Below are positions 1 to 10,600 of a stretch of DNA of 64,000 bases, in pieces; position 1 is the stretch's first letter, and every line of letters begins with the position of its first letter. Under the pieces are notes generated by a model. That model was not told the DNA's origin, did no database searches, and saw only the letters and a list, made by a program, of their open reading frames with translations. The stretch spans positions 1-64,000 of the forward strand of contig CAVOMX010000017.1 in the NCBI GenBank assembly GCA_963697165.1, written 5' to 3'. Position numbers and translations under genes: made by a program. This stretch comes from Candidatus Bathyarchaeota archaeon. GTDB taxonomy: Archaea; Thermoproteota; Bathyarchaeia; Bathyarchaeales; Bathyarchaeaceae.

Positions 1-84
1 CTTTCTGACAGGAAAATCCGTTTGATAGGTGTTAGGCTTTCAACATTGTTTTCGATCGAGAAGCAAACGAGGTTAGCTGATTAA
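1..84 (+). CDS. dinB: 3' end of Y-family DNA polymerase IV (partial)
   Basis: Frame 1 reads LSDRKIRLIGVRLSTLFSIEKQTRLAD*, matching the little-finger C-terminus (IRLIGVRLS) and a Q..L clamp-binding-like tail. Confidence 0.7.
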   Translation, partial: LSDRKIRLIGVRLSTLFSIEKQTRLAD

Positions 85-150
85 TGCTTTGTTCTTAAGT
101 TTTATATCATGAGACAGTCTATAAACTAAGTAGCGGGTTGGGATTTTGTT

Positions 151-501
151 TTGAGTGAAAGTTGGATTCAAATTTCTGATAGAATTCTTGAGCAGTTAAA
201 ACATCTTGAGGATACTAAAGATAAAGACCGTTTAGAACTGGTAAGGTCTTTAAGTTTCGTTTTGAACGTTCTACAGAGAAGCTTAATTGGATGGATGCAG
301 TGGGTGAACAACCCAGACATAATGAGTATTTTTTCGCAAAATGACTTGATAAAGATGACCAAGAATTTGTCCGAGTTTACGAGTTCATTCGTAAAATACG
401 ACATAGAGATGACCAGCCTAGGAGTCAAGAAAGGTTTAAAGTCTCCGAAAAAAGTTGCAAAGAAAAAGAGAGAAGAAAGAACTGAACATTTTTACGTATA
501 A
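151..501 (+). CDS. DUF2153-like conserved archaeal protein
   Basis: Contains DRLELV...SLIGWMQW...F.KYDI, a pattern typical of this family. Confidence 0.7.
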   Translation: MSESWIQISDRILEQLKHLEDTKDKDRLELVRSLSFVLNVLQRSLIGWMQWVNNPDIMSIFSQNDLIKMTKNLSEFTSSFVKYDIEMTSLGVKKGLKSPKKVAKKKREERTEHFYV

Positions 502-605
502 AACAAACCTAACTCCTGTTTTTTGCACCAACGTTATGATTGCTGATAATAACGGGGAAAAACCAGTAACATTAATAGGATGCTACCTCTAGTAACTTTT
601 TCAAA

Positions 606-1013
606 GTGAAAACAATGCCAAAGTTGAATGTCTTAGTTTTAACCGGTCGCACTATCGACCAAGGCAGAGGAAAAGAGATGGGCAAATTATCAGATGTGTA
701 CCAGAAAGATGTTACACAATGCCAAATTGATCCAGAAGACATGAAGGCTCTCGATTTGAGGCGAAACGCCATCGTTAAAGTTAGTACAAATTTTGGTAGT
801 GTCGTTTTGAGAGCTGTCAAATCAATTAGGGGTCCTCATCCTAACATGGTTTTTATTAGTTATGGTCCTTGGGCAAGTATGATTTCTGATCCTGAGACCC
901 ATGGATCAGGTATGCCCTCATTAAAGGGGATGTCTGGGGTACTCGAACCTGCACCTAACGAGAAAGTGTTAACTATGCAGGAGTTAGTTAATCAACTCAA
1001 AATGGAGGCTTAG
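606..1013 (+). CDS. fwdD: Formylmethanofuran dehydrogenase subunit D (molybdopterin dinucleotide-binding)
   Basis: Contains LTGRTIDQG, YGPWA and GMPSLKG, and is the first gene of the fwd cluster. W (fwd) versus Mo (fmd) cannot be resolved from sequence. Confidence 0.93.
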   Translation: MKTMPKLNVLVLTGRTIDQGRGKEMGKLSDVYQKDVTQCQIDPEDMKALDLRRNAIVKVSTNFGSVVLRAVKSIRGPHPNMVFISYGPWASMISDPETHGSGMPSLKGMSGVLEPAPNEKVLTMQELVNQLKMEA

Positions 1014-1016
1014 AAT

Positions 1017-2465
1017 GTGCCAGTTGTAACGAGTGTGACTTGTCCTGTTTGTGGAACTTTTTGTGATGACATTGAAATAATTGTTGATGAGAATAACCGT
1101 ATTATTGAAGCTCGAAATGCGTGCGCCATGGGTGCAGCGAAGTTTCTGAACTTTTCTGATCACCGTATTAAGACGCCTCTTATTCGAAAAAATGGTGAAT
1201 TAGTCGAAGCAACTATGGATGAGGCTATCGAAAAGGCAGCTCAGATTCTTGTTGACGCGCACTATCCTATATTGTATGGTTGGAGCAACACTTGCTGCGA
1301 GGCACAACGAGTAGGTGTTGAATTGGCAGAAGAGGTTGGAGGAGTAATGGATAACACTGCAACTGTCTGTCATGGCCCCTCTATTATGGGTGTTCAAGCT
1401 GCTGGTATACCTTCATCTACTCTTGGGCAGTTACGTCATCGTGCAGACCTGATCATCTATTGGGCTAGTAACCCATGGGATGCTCATCCTCGTCATCCAG
1501 AACGATACACCATGTTCTCGGATGGCAGATTCGAAAAGAGTACATGGACACAATATCTTTCTAAATTAAGAGGCGACATGTCAAAGAAGAAGATTCAAAG
1601 AGCCTCTAATCTAGTCTTGAAAGAGGACTTCTGTTTTGCTCATTGTGAATCAGAAGGCTTGCCTTGTAATATGTACCAGAATAAGCGGAGAACCGTTGTT
1701 GTGGATGTTCGCAAGACTCGCACAGCAGATTCTGCAGACTGCTTCATTCAAGTGGAGCCTGGGAAAGACTATGAGCTTCTGCAAGCCTTACGTGTACTCG
1801 TAAATGACGGAGAACTGGACGTTGATGAGGTTGCGGGAATCCCTGTTGAAACTCTTGAGGCTCTAGCTGATGTCATGGTAGGATGCAAACTAGGCATCAT
1901 CTTCTTCGGATTAGGACTAACCATGACCAAAGGAAAACACAGGAACATAGACGCGGCAATCCATCTCACTCGTGATCTGAACAACCGAACAAAATTCCTC
2001 ATCATGCCCATGCGAGGACACTACAACGTAACTGGAGCAAACATAGTTACAACATGGCAAACAGGATACCCCTTCGCTGTTGATCTGTCTAACGGATACC
2101 CCAGATACAATCCGGGAGAAACCTCTTCAACTGATATTCTTCGTCGTGATGAAGCTGATGCTATGCTCGTAATTGCTTCGGATCCAGTTGCGCACTTTCC
2201 AAAAGCATCCTCCAAAAATATTGCAAAACATCCTCTCATATCTATAGAACCTGAAGTTACCCCAACCACAATGTTGGCGGATGTGATTTTGCCTCCTGCT
2301 TTCGCGGGAATAGAGTCGGAGGGAACAGCTTACCGTATGGATCATGTTCCATTGCCTCTGAAGAAGGTTGTAGAACCTCCAGAAGGATTTTTTTCAGATC
2401 AAGAAATTTTAAGGAAACTGCTTCAAAAAGTTCGAGAAATAAAAAAGAAGAGTGACATGAATTGA
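1017..2465 (+). CDS. fwdB: Formylmethanofuran dehydrogenase subunit B
   Basis: Has the N-terminal CPVCGTFCDD 4Fe-4S motif, TVCHGPS (metal-ligating Cys), HPRH and MRGHYNV. Confidence 0.95.
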   Translation: MPVVTSVTCPVCGTFCDDIEIIVDENNRIIEARNACAMGAAKFLNFSDHRIKTPLIRKNGELVEATMDEAIEKAAQILVDAHYPILYGWSNTCCEAQRVGVELAEEVGGVMDNTATVCHGPSIMGVQAAGIPSSTLGQLRHRADLIIYWASNPWDAHPRHPERYTMFSDGRFEKSTWTQYLSKLRGDMSKKKIQRASNLVLKEDFCFAHCESEGLPCNMYQNKRRTVVVDVRKTRTADSADCFIQVEPGKDYELLQALRVLVNDGELDVDEVAGIPVETLEALADVMVGCKLGIIFFGLGLTMTKGKHRNIDAAIHLTRDLNNRTKFLIMPMRGHYNVTGANIVTTWQTGYPFAVDLSNGYPRYNPGETSSTDILRRDEADAMLVIASDPVAHFPKASSKNIAKHPLISIEPEVTPTTMLADVILPPAFAGIESEGTAYRMDHVPLPLKKVVEPPEGFFSDQEILRKLLQKVREIKKKSDMN

Positions 2466-4153
2466 CTGAACTAATAATTAAAAACGGATTCGTTTACGAT
2501 CCGCTGAACCGCATAGACGGCCAAAAAATGGACATATGTATCAGAGATGGGAAGATCGTAAAAACAGTTAAAGATTCAGCGAAGGTCGTCGACGCTTCAG
2601 GCATGGTTGTTATGCCCGGGGGAGTTGACATTCACAGTCACATAGCCGGTGGTGAAGTGGATACTGGACGTTTGCTAAGACCTGAAGACCACGTTAAGGA
2701 TGTTGAATTTAAAACAGCCCTGACCCGGTCTGGAGTTGGTTATTCGATTCCCTCAACATTCACAACAGGTTATCGTTATTCCAAGATGGGTTACACAACT
2801 GTTATGAATCCCTCAATGGCACCTCTTCAGGCACGTCACACTCACGAGGAACTAGCTGACACTCCAATGATTGATAAAGCAACATATCCTCTACTGGGAG
2901 ACTGGTGGTTCAGCCTAGAACACATAAGAGACGGCTTAATCAAAGAAAACGCTGCCCACATAGCATGGATGCTCCGTTCCACAAAGGGATACGCCATAAA
3001 AATTGTTAATCCTGGAGGCTTAGAAGCTTGGGGTTATGGACGAAACGTTCACGGTCTCGATGATATGGTGCCAAACTTTGGTATAACTCCCCGCGAGATT
3101 GTTAGAGGATTATGCAAAGTTAATACTATGCTGAATCTTCCTCACACTATTCATCTTCATACGAACAATCTTGGACAACCCGGAAACTATGTTACAGCAT
3201 TAGAGACTATGAAATGTGTAGAGGATTTGGCGAGAGACGACAAACCTGTGGTGCATATTACGCATATTCAATTCTGCGCTTTTAAGGGTGAAACTTGGGG
3301 AAGCTTCTCTTCTGGAGCAGAAGAAATCTCGAATTACGTTAACAATCATACTCATGTGACTCTTGATGTTGGTCAAGTGGTTTTCTCGGACACAACTACT
3401 ATGACTGCTGATGGTCCCTTCCAGTATGGTCTCTATCACTTGACCGGAAACAAGTGGGCTAATCACGATGTCGAAACCGAGACAAGTGGAGGCATAGTTC
3501 CTTTCATATACAAGCGATCAAGTGCTGTTCACGCGACACAGTGGTCAATCGGGCTTGAGATTATGCTTCTAATTAAAGACCCATGGAAAATCTTAATGAC
3601 AACAGACCATCCTAACGGTGGGCCATTCTTCTTTTACCCCCAGATTATGACTTGGTACATTAGCAAAGATGCAAGAGAAAAAGTGTTTAATAAAATTAAC
3701 AAACGGGCAAGAAAGAAAAGCTTGCTGCCCAGCATCGACAGGGAACTAAGTCTCTATGAGTTGGCTATTGTTACGCGCGCTGGTCAAGCTAAGGCTCTAG
3801 GCTTGAAAGATAAGGGACATTTGGGAGTAGGCGCTGACGCTGATGTCTCAATTTATAACATAAACCCTGAACTTTCCGATCCTTCAAAGAAATTCAACGA
3901 TGCTACAAAAGCATTTCAACGAGCAGCTTACACGATTAAAGATGGAGAAATTGTGGTGAAGGACGGTGAGATTGTGAAGCAGGTCTTCGGAAAAACCTAC
4001 TGGGTCGACGTGGAAACCGCGATGCCCCACGATATTAATGATGATATAAAAAAGAAATTCAAGGACTACTGGACTGTCGAATATGAGAACTATCCTATTC
4101 GCGACGGTTTCTTGCATTCTCCTGCTCCAATCGCCGTCAAAGCGGAGGTCTAA
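2462..4153 (+). CDS. fwdA: Formylmethanofuran dehydrogenase subunit A (amidohydrolase)
   Basis: Contains GGVDIHSH, KIVNPGG, TTDHPNGGPF and LGVGADAD; overlaps the fwdB stop. Confidence 0.96.
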   Translation: MTELIIKNGFVYDPLNRIDGQKMDICIRDGKIVKTVKDSAKVVDASGMVVMPGGVDIHSHIAGGEVDTGRLLRPEDHVKDVEFKTALTRSGVGYSIPSTFTTGYRYSKMGYTTVMNPSMAPLQARHTHEELADTPMIDKATYPLLGDWWFSLEHIRDGLIKENAAHIAWMLRSTKGYAIKIVNPGGLEAWGYGRNVHGLDDMVPNFGITPREIVRGLCKVNTMLNLPHTIHLHTNNLGQPGNYVTALETMKCVEDLARDDKPVVHITHIQFCAFKGETWGSFSSGAEEISNYVNNHTHVTLDVGQVVFSDTTTMTADGPFQYGLYHLTGNKWANHDVETETSGGIVPFIYKRSSAVHATQWSIGLEIMLLIKDPWKILMTTDHPNGGPFFFYPQIMTWYISKDAREKVFNKINKRARKKSLLPSIDRELSLYELAIVTRAGQAKALGLKDKGHLGVGADADVSIYNINPELSDPSKKFNDATKAFQRAAYTIKDGEIVVKDGEIVKQVFGKTYWVDVETAMPHDINDDIKKKFKDYWTVEYENYPIRDGFLHSPAPIAVKAEV

Positions 4154-4156
4154 AAA

Positions 4157-4972
4157 GTGATAACTCTTATCCCAAAACATATGTCCAAATTTCCAATAGA
4201 AGGAAAAAACATATCGCCTGACGTCTTTGCCAACAAATCGACGAAAGAGATAGCAGCTCTTGAAATGTGGGAAGGTAACCGGAAACTTTCGCTTGGAGAT
4301 TTTTTTGACATAAAAATGGACGATTCCTCTTCAGAAGAATTGACGATAAAGATTGAAGGCAATGTAGGTAAGGTGCGAAACATTGGTTTTCGGATGTCCA
4401 TGGGACAAGTAATTGTTGACGGCGACGTTGGTATGCATCTTGGCGAAGAGATGAGTGGCGGTAGTATAGCTGTATCTGGTAATGCTGGTTCATGGGCTGG
4501 CTCACAAATGAAGGATGGAACAATAGAAATCAAAGGCAACGCAGGTGATTACATAGGGGCAGCGTATCGGGGAAGCACCAAGGGAATGAACGGTGGAAAA
4601 GTCATAATTCATGGGAATGCTGGTCATGAAGTCGGATGCTTCATGAGAGATGGGCTTATCAAAATATTGGGAGATGTGGGTATATTCGCGGGTATCCACA
4701 TGAATAATGGAACAATATTTGTTAAAGGCACTTCACAAGGACGAGCTGGCGCACAGATGACTAACGGGAAAATCATTTTAGCAGGACATTCTGAAGATGT
4801 AATGCCAACCTTTACTATCGAAGAAATAAAAGCAAATGTCAAGGTTGACGGCGAAAAGATCGAAGGACCATTTTACAGATTCACAGGTGATATGGCAGAC
4901 AATGGTAAAGGAAAACTGTTTGTCGCTAAGGAAAAAAATTCGTATTTGAGTTTTTACGAAAAATTTCTGTAA
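4157..4972 (+). CDS. fwdC: Formylmethanofuran dehydrogenase subunit C
   Basis: GXGXG beta-helix repeats and the AYRGSTKGM motif. Confidence 0.95.
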   Translation: MITLIPKHMSKFPIEGKNISPDVFANKSTKEIAALEMWEGNRKLSLGDFFDIKMDDSSSEELTIKIEGNVGKVRNIGFRMSMGQVIVDGDVGMHLGEEMSGGSIAVSGNAGSWAGSQMKDGTIEIKGNAGDYIGAAYRGSTKGMNGGKVIIHGNAGHEVGCFMRDGLIKILGDVGIFAGIHMNNGTIFVKGTSQGRAGAQMTNGKIILAGHSEDVMPTFTIEEIKANVKVDGEKIEGPFYRFTGDMADNGKGKLFVAKEKNSYLSFYEKFL

Positions 4973-5012
4973 AATGTTTTTCATGATTTGTAACGAATGA
5001 AGAATGTAAAGG

Positions 5013-5040
5013 AGTGTCTGTTTAGACACTTTATTTTTTT
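5013..5040 (+). terminator. Hairpin plus T-tract after fwdC
   Basis: AGTGTCT-GTTT-AGACACT followed by TTATTTTTTT. Confidence 0.5.
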
Positions 5041-5097
5041 ATTTGTTCTAATGGAAAAGCTTATTGTTGTATAATTAATATTGTTCAAAAGCAACAG

Positions 5098-6108
5098 TTG
5101 CTTAGGAGAATAAGGTTGTCAGAGCATCAATTTAGCTTAAATCTTTCAGCTCTTTCCTTGATCAATAAGCTTTGTAGCGATCCGCAAAAGTATGGTGTAA
5201 TAATTGAAAAAACACCTTCAGGTGCAACTCTTATCGATGCTGGCATAAATGCTAAAGGTGGTTTTTTAGCTGGACAAATAGTCACGGAAATATGTTTGGG
5301 AGGTTATGGTCAAGTACAAATTCTTCCTATGCAATATGGAGATATTTTTTTGCCATCAATTTATGTTCAAACGGATTTCCCTGCAATCTCTACATTAGCT
5401 TCTCAATTTGCTGGATGGAGAATTAAAGTTGATGATTATTCGGCTATTGGTTCTGGTCCTGCTCGTGCAATAGCTCTAAAACCAAAGAAACTCTATAGAA
5501 AACTAGAGTATCAAGAAACTTCCAAAACTGCTGTGATGGTCCTTGAAACTAATAGTAAACCTCCCGAGGAAGTAATAGAAAAAATTTCTGCACAATGCAA
5601 TATTTCTCCAGATCAATTATTTTTGGTTTTAATTTCAACGTCCTGTTTGGCTGGTTCGACTCAAGTTTCAGGAAGAATTGTGGAAACGGGATTACACAAA
5701 TTGGAGAAGTTAGGCTTAGATCCTAAAGTCGTTGAGTATGCGTGGGGTTATGCTCCAATCATTCCTCTTCACCCAAAATTTGATGAAGCAATGGGCAGAA
5801 CAAATGATGCGATTCTTTACGGTGGAACTTCCTATTATATAGTTGATTACGAAAGTGATGATGAACTTGCTGAAATAGTTAAGTTAGCGCCTTCTTCTGC
5901 ATCAAGGATGATTCAAGAAGCAAAAGAGCTTGCTAAGAAAAGTCCGCGATTCTTAGAAATCTTTAAAGAAGCAGGTTTTGATTTTTATGAAATTGATCCC
6001 AACATTTTTGCTCCTGCCATAGTTGTTATAAATAATTTGAGAACAGGAAACATCTTCAAAGCAGGAAGTCTAGATATCGATGTCTTAAAAAGTTCTTTTG
6101 GTCTTTAA
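5098..6108 (+). CDS. mch: Methenyltetrahydromethanopterin cyclohydrolase
   Basis: Contains SQFAGW, GSGPARA, QVSGRIVETGLHKL, MGRTND, DFYEIDP and FAPA. The start may be slightly downstream. Confidence 0.95.
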   Translation: MLRRIRLSEHQFSLNLSALSLINKLCSDPQKYGVIIEKTPSGATLIDAGINAKGGFLAGQIVTEICLGGYGQVQILPMQYGDIFLPSIYVQTDFPAISTLASQFAGWRIKVDDYSAIGSGPARAIALKPKKLYRKLEYQETSKTAVMVLETNSKPPEEVIEKISAQCNISPDQLFLVLISTSCLAGSTQVSGRIVETGLHKLEKLGLDPKVVEYAWGYAPIIPLHPKFDEAMGRTNDAILYGGTSYYIVDYESDDELAEIVKLAPSSASRMIQEAKELAKKSPRFLEIFKEAGFDFYEIDPNIFAPAIVVINNLRTGNIFKAGSLDIDVLKSSFGL

Positions 6109-6157
6109 ATTAGAAACCATAAGATTTATTAAGAATTTTATTTTAAAATCCCTATTC

Positions 6158-6259
6158 TTAGTATATATATTGTTTATTCTCAAGTCTTGATCTTTGCCAG
6201 TTACAAAATTAGTATATACAATATTTATTCTCAAGTCTTGATTTTTGTTAATTACAAAA
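6158..6259. repeat. 51-bp tandem duplication, each unit containing the palindrome TCAAG-T-CTTGA
   Basis: Units begin at 6158 and 6209; palindromes lie at 6180-6190 and 6231-6241, upstream of the dockerin gene. Confidence 0.85.
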
Positions 6260-6356
6260 CATTATATACTTTAATCATCTATAGAATAAAACCAGATCAG
6301 TTTATATAACTTTGTTATATCTTTGTTCTAAAGATTAAAAGAGGGATGTTATTATA

Positions 6357-7469
6357 ATGAAAACTGGAAAAAAACTTCTAAAGACTTTGACCTTATTAAT
6401 TATTATTGGCGTTTTAGCTACATCATCGACTCTAGTGGTTAATGCTGACCCAATTGGAATAGGAAAATTCGTAAACATTACAGTGACTGAACCTCAAAGC
6501 GGTGAGGTAACTTTAACAAAGTTGAGTTCAGGTGAGACTTGGATTACTAACAATACTGAACTTGTAAAAGTAGGTGCTGGTGCTGTTAGCATATATGCAA
6601 AACCATATGATGGATATGATTTTGATTACTGGCTAGTTGATGGCGAACGAATTAACACAATCACTTATGACTTTAAAACATCAAAAGGCGTAATTGAGGT
6701 AGAAGCCTATTTCACCCGAACAACATATTATATATACGCAACAGCCAATGGTCCAGGAACAATAAATGGTAAAACCTCTCTTATCGTCCCTGTTGAATAC
6801 AATACTTATAGTCCAACGTTTGTATTTACTCCAGACAACGAAATACTTTACCACATTTCAAGCATACAAATAGACTCAACCTATATCGGCTATACTACAA
6901 GCTACGCTTTTCCAGAACCAATAACAAGTAACCATACCATTATAGTGAACTTTAACAATGCTGGAACAGCACAGGTTCCCTCGGCCGCGGATGTTTCTGT
7001 TTTTCTCGATTCAGTAGCAACCTTAATCTTCAACAGCACCGATGGAGGATTAGCTCAAGGAAATGAATTGGCTATTCCAGAAGGCAGTTCTATATTATTC
7101 TGGAACATAACCACAAATGCCACTGATGTTGACACAAACGTTACTATTGCCTTACAATTTGAATCGGGCACGCCAATTGCAGTCTATCGAGCGGAATCTG
7201 CAGATGCACTATACAGTGACGTAAACATGGATGGAGTAGTTGATGGGACTGATGTGTCTTGGGTTGCTCGTGGAATAAAAGATACTGTTTCAAGCGGTGC
7301 AGAATATGATCCACTTCTGGACGTAGACAGAGACAACGATCTTGACGAAGACGATGTACACACAGTTAACGAAAATAGAGGAGCAGAATTAACGTTACTA
7401 ACCTTCAATGTCGTTGGAAATACAGTATATATCGAAACAGATCATTTTTCAATCTTCAGGTGCCGTTAG
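6357..7469 (+). CDS. Secreted protein with InlB-B/bacterial-repeat-like domains and a dockerin type I domain
   Basis: Signal peptide, PYDGYDFDYWLVDG repeat motif, paired Ca-binding loops DVNMDGVVDGTD and DVDRDNDLDEDD, and C-terminal TDHFSIF. Confidence 0.75.
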   Translation: MKTGKKLLKTLTLLIIIGVLATSSTLVVNADPIGIGKFVNITVTEPQSGEVTLTKLSSGETWITNNTELVKVGAGAVSIYAKPYDGYDFDYWLVDGERINTITYDFKTSKGVIEVEAYFTRTTYYIYATANGPGTINGKTSLIVPVEYNTYSPTFVFTPDNEILYHISSIQIDSTYIGYTTSYAFPEPITSNHTIIVNFNNAGTAQVPSAADVSVFLDSVATLIFNSTDGGLAQGNELAIPEGSSILFWNITTNATDVDTNVTIALQFESGTPIAVYRAESADALYSDVNMDGVVDGTDVSWVARGIKDTVSSGAEYDPLLDVDRDNDLDEDDVHTVNENRGAELTLLTFNVVGNTVYIETDHFSIFRCR

Positions 7470-7475
7470 TAATCT

Positions 7476-7506
7476 GGAGATATCTATATCTCCTCTTCTT
7501 TTTTTC
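7476..7506 (+). terminator. Hairpin plus T-tract
   Basis: GGAGATA-TCTA-TATCTCC followed by a long pyrimidine/T run. Confidence 0.55.
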
Positions 7507-7613
7507 TCGAAGTTCTTATTAATGAACTCATATTAGTAATCTTAATTTGCAGGTTTAGGGTGTAGATATTCGAAACAACTCTTTCTAAAAACAAATGATA
7601 ACGGGGAACGATA

Positions 7614-10600
7614 ATGGCCAGTTGGGACTTTGATTCTATACTTAAGAAAGCAAAAGAACAGGAAGAAAAATATGGCTGGCTATATGCTGCATGGTCCTAT
7701 GAACATGCTCTTCGTTCAAATCCCGAAGATAAATTCTTTATTGCCGAAACCATGCAACAGATAGGTTTTTGCTACAACTTAGCAGCAAGACAATCAGAGA
7801 ATCAAGAAGAATTCAAAAAGTTACAATCATTAGCCGCTGAAACCTACGAGGAAGCAGGCAAAAATTTCGAAAAAATACAAAACAAAAAAAATAAAGGAAA
7901 ACGCGAATATTGCATTGCATTCGCAAATTATCTTAAATATAGACTAGATTCCACTTACGATAACAAAACAAAATCACTTGAAGATTGCTATTCATTAGCA
8001 AAGACAGCTTTGGATCACTTTCAAAATAACGGATATAAAGTGTACATTGGAATGACACTTAATTTAATCCTAGAATGTATTTGGGAACAATTACGGATTG
8101 CTCCAACTGAGGAAGATAAACATGCTTTAACTCAAGAAGCATTGCAGTATTGTAGTGAAGCAATCTCAGTTCTAATAAAGGTTGGAGACCCACATGAATT
8201 ACTTGATGCATATTATTTATCGAGCCTTCACCATTGGTACGCAGCCAACATTAGTGACAGAGAAGAGGCCTGCAACACCTTAGCGCAAATAAGCTTAGAG
8301 TATGCAGAAAAGGCATTAACAATTTCCAAAGAACTTGAAAACCCCTATTCAAAAGCAAACTCACTATTCGCAGCAACATTAACCAATCTATTCTTCACAG
8401 ATAAAACAAAAAATACACTAAATTATGCCCAAAAAATGTTTGAACAAGGAACAATTGTTCATGACAATTACCTAAAGGGAGTATCCTCTTATCTTTTGGC
8501 CTTGGCAACAGATGACCTGGTTCCCATTGAATCTAATCCAGATGAAAAGAAAAAACATTGTGAAGCGATAATTCAATACGCTGAAGAAGGAATCAAATAT
8601 CTTCAAATCATTAATCAAAACGCCTACTTATCAGATACTTATATGGTCTATACTCAAAGTTACTCAACCCTCGCTAGGGAGTTTGCAACAAATCCAATCG
8701 AAAAACTCGAATTCTCAAAAAAAGCAATTGAAATTGGACGAAAAGGACTGGAACATGCTATAAACTCAAGCTCTCCAGATGCTATGGGAGAAAGTTATCA
8801 TGCACTTAGCAAAGCATTACAATATCATTCGATGCTCGTTTATACTAATTCAGAAAAAACAAGAATTCTTCAAGAATCTTTAGAAAATAGAAATCAATAT
8901 ATCAAAATTATTGAAACCGCTCTTCCTTCGAATTATTGGATTCTTGGACTTGGCAAAATATATGCTGCCCAGATCAAAACTGAACTCGCAGATTTAGTAA
9001 ATGACGCTGCTGAAAAAATCTTACTTCTAAAAGAAGCGGCATCTTATTTAGAAGAAGGATTAATTTTTTGTGAAAAATGGATTACCCATCGATCTGAAAC
9101 CACATTAATAGCTACAACTGCAATATTCAAAAACTTGTTTGGTAAACTTTTAGAAAATCTTCATCACTTAGTCCAAGATGAGACTTACCTTCGTAAAGCA
9201 AATGTAGTTTTTGAAGATGCTGCAAAGAAATTCGAAAGAATTAATTCCCCCAACAGAGTTGCTGAAACATATTGGAGAATTGCAAGAAATCAAGATCTTC
9301 TAAGAGAAAGACAATCGTCTGCAAGCAATTTCGCAAAAGCATCTAAAAAATATGAAGAAACTGCTCAACAAATGCCAGCGTTTTCTGATTTTTTCTTTGA
9401 TTACTCATTATACATGAAAGCTTGGAGTGAAATAGAAAAAGCAAAAGACGCACATGATTTAAGACAAAACGCACTTGCGATGAAACATTATAAAAAAGCT
9501 GCAGAAATACTCGAGCAATCAAAAGGATGGGAATTCCTATCTTCTAACTTTCTAGCATGGGCCTATCTAGAACGTGCAGAATTTCAAAGTAGAAAAGAGA
9601 AAAGTGAAAAAGCACTTGAATCCTTCGAAAAAGCAAACAAACTTTTCCGAGAATCTAAAAATTCTCTTCAAGTATTCATGGGGCATATGGAAAATCGTGA
9701 AGAAAGTTATGTAATCAATAAACTAATTGAAGTTTCTGATTTAAGAGGTGCATACTGTTTTGGGCGAATAGCCATTGAAGAAGCCAGAGTCTTTGAAAAA
9801 CAGGGTAACAGTATTGCAGGAGCAGAAAAATATGGCTTTGCCGCAGAGACTTTCCAAAGCATTATTAGCGGTGGATCAGAACAGATCCAAAAAGAGTTAC
9901 AACCAATAATTTATCTATGTAAAGCCTGGCAAAAAATGCGAATTGCCGAAACAAAAAGCTCATCAAAAATTTACGGTGAAGCAGCAGAACTCTTCAAACA
10001 AGCATGTGAACATGCAATTGATCAATCTATGGGCATACTTGCCCTTGCACACAGTAACTTTTGTAAAGCTTTAGAAGCTGGAACCGATTTTGAAATTTCC
10101 AGAGATATAAAGAAATATGCAGAAGCAAAAAAATACTTAGAAATTGCAGCTAGCAATTACTTGAAAACAGGATTTAAGCAAGCAGCTGAATATGCAAACG
10201 GAACACAGCGTCTTTTCGACGCATATGTGTATATTGAAAATGCTAAGATGGAACTAGATCCTGAGAAAAAAACAAAATATTATAGCATAGCTGAAAAAGT
10301 ATTACAGTATTCTGCATTATCTTATTCGAATGCTCAACATCCAGAAAAAACTATACAAGTTTCTCAACTTCTAGAAAACGTAAAAGAAGAAAAAGAACTT
10401 GCCGTGGTCTTAACAGAAATATTACAAGCGCCATCAATTATTTCTTCAACAGAAAACTTTGTAACACCAACACCCTATGAAGAAAATGCAGTAGGTTTAG
10501 AAAATTTTGAAGGCGCAAATATACAAGCAACTATCTCTCAAACTCAGCAAGCTAAATCTGACGAAGACTTCATCCTTGAAATTAACATTGTGAATATTGG

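Noticed and set aside
1368..1370. Selenocysteine in FwdB
   Set aside because: The metal-ligand codon is TGT (Cys), and there is no in-frame TGA.
6158..6259. CRISPR array (also considered for 31329-31400)
   Set aside because: Only two units, no unique spacers of CRISPR length, and no cas genes.
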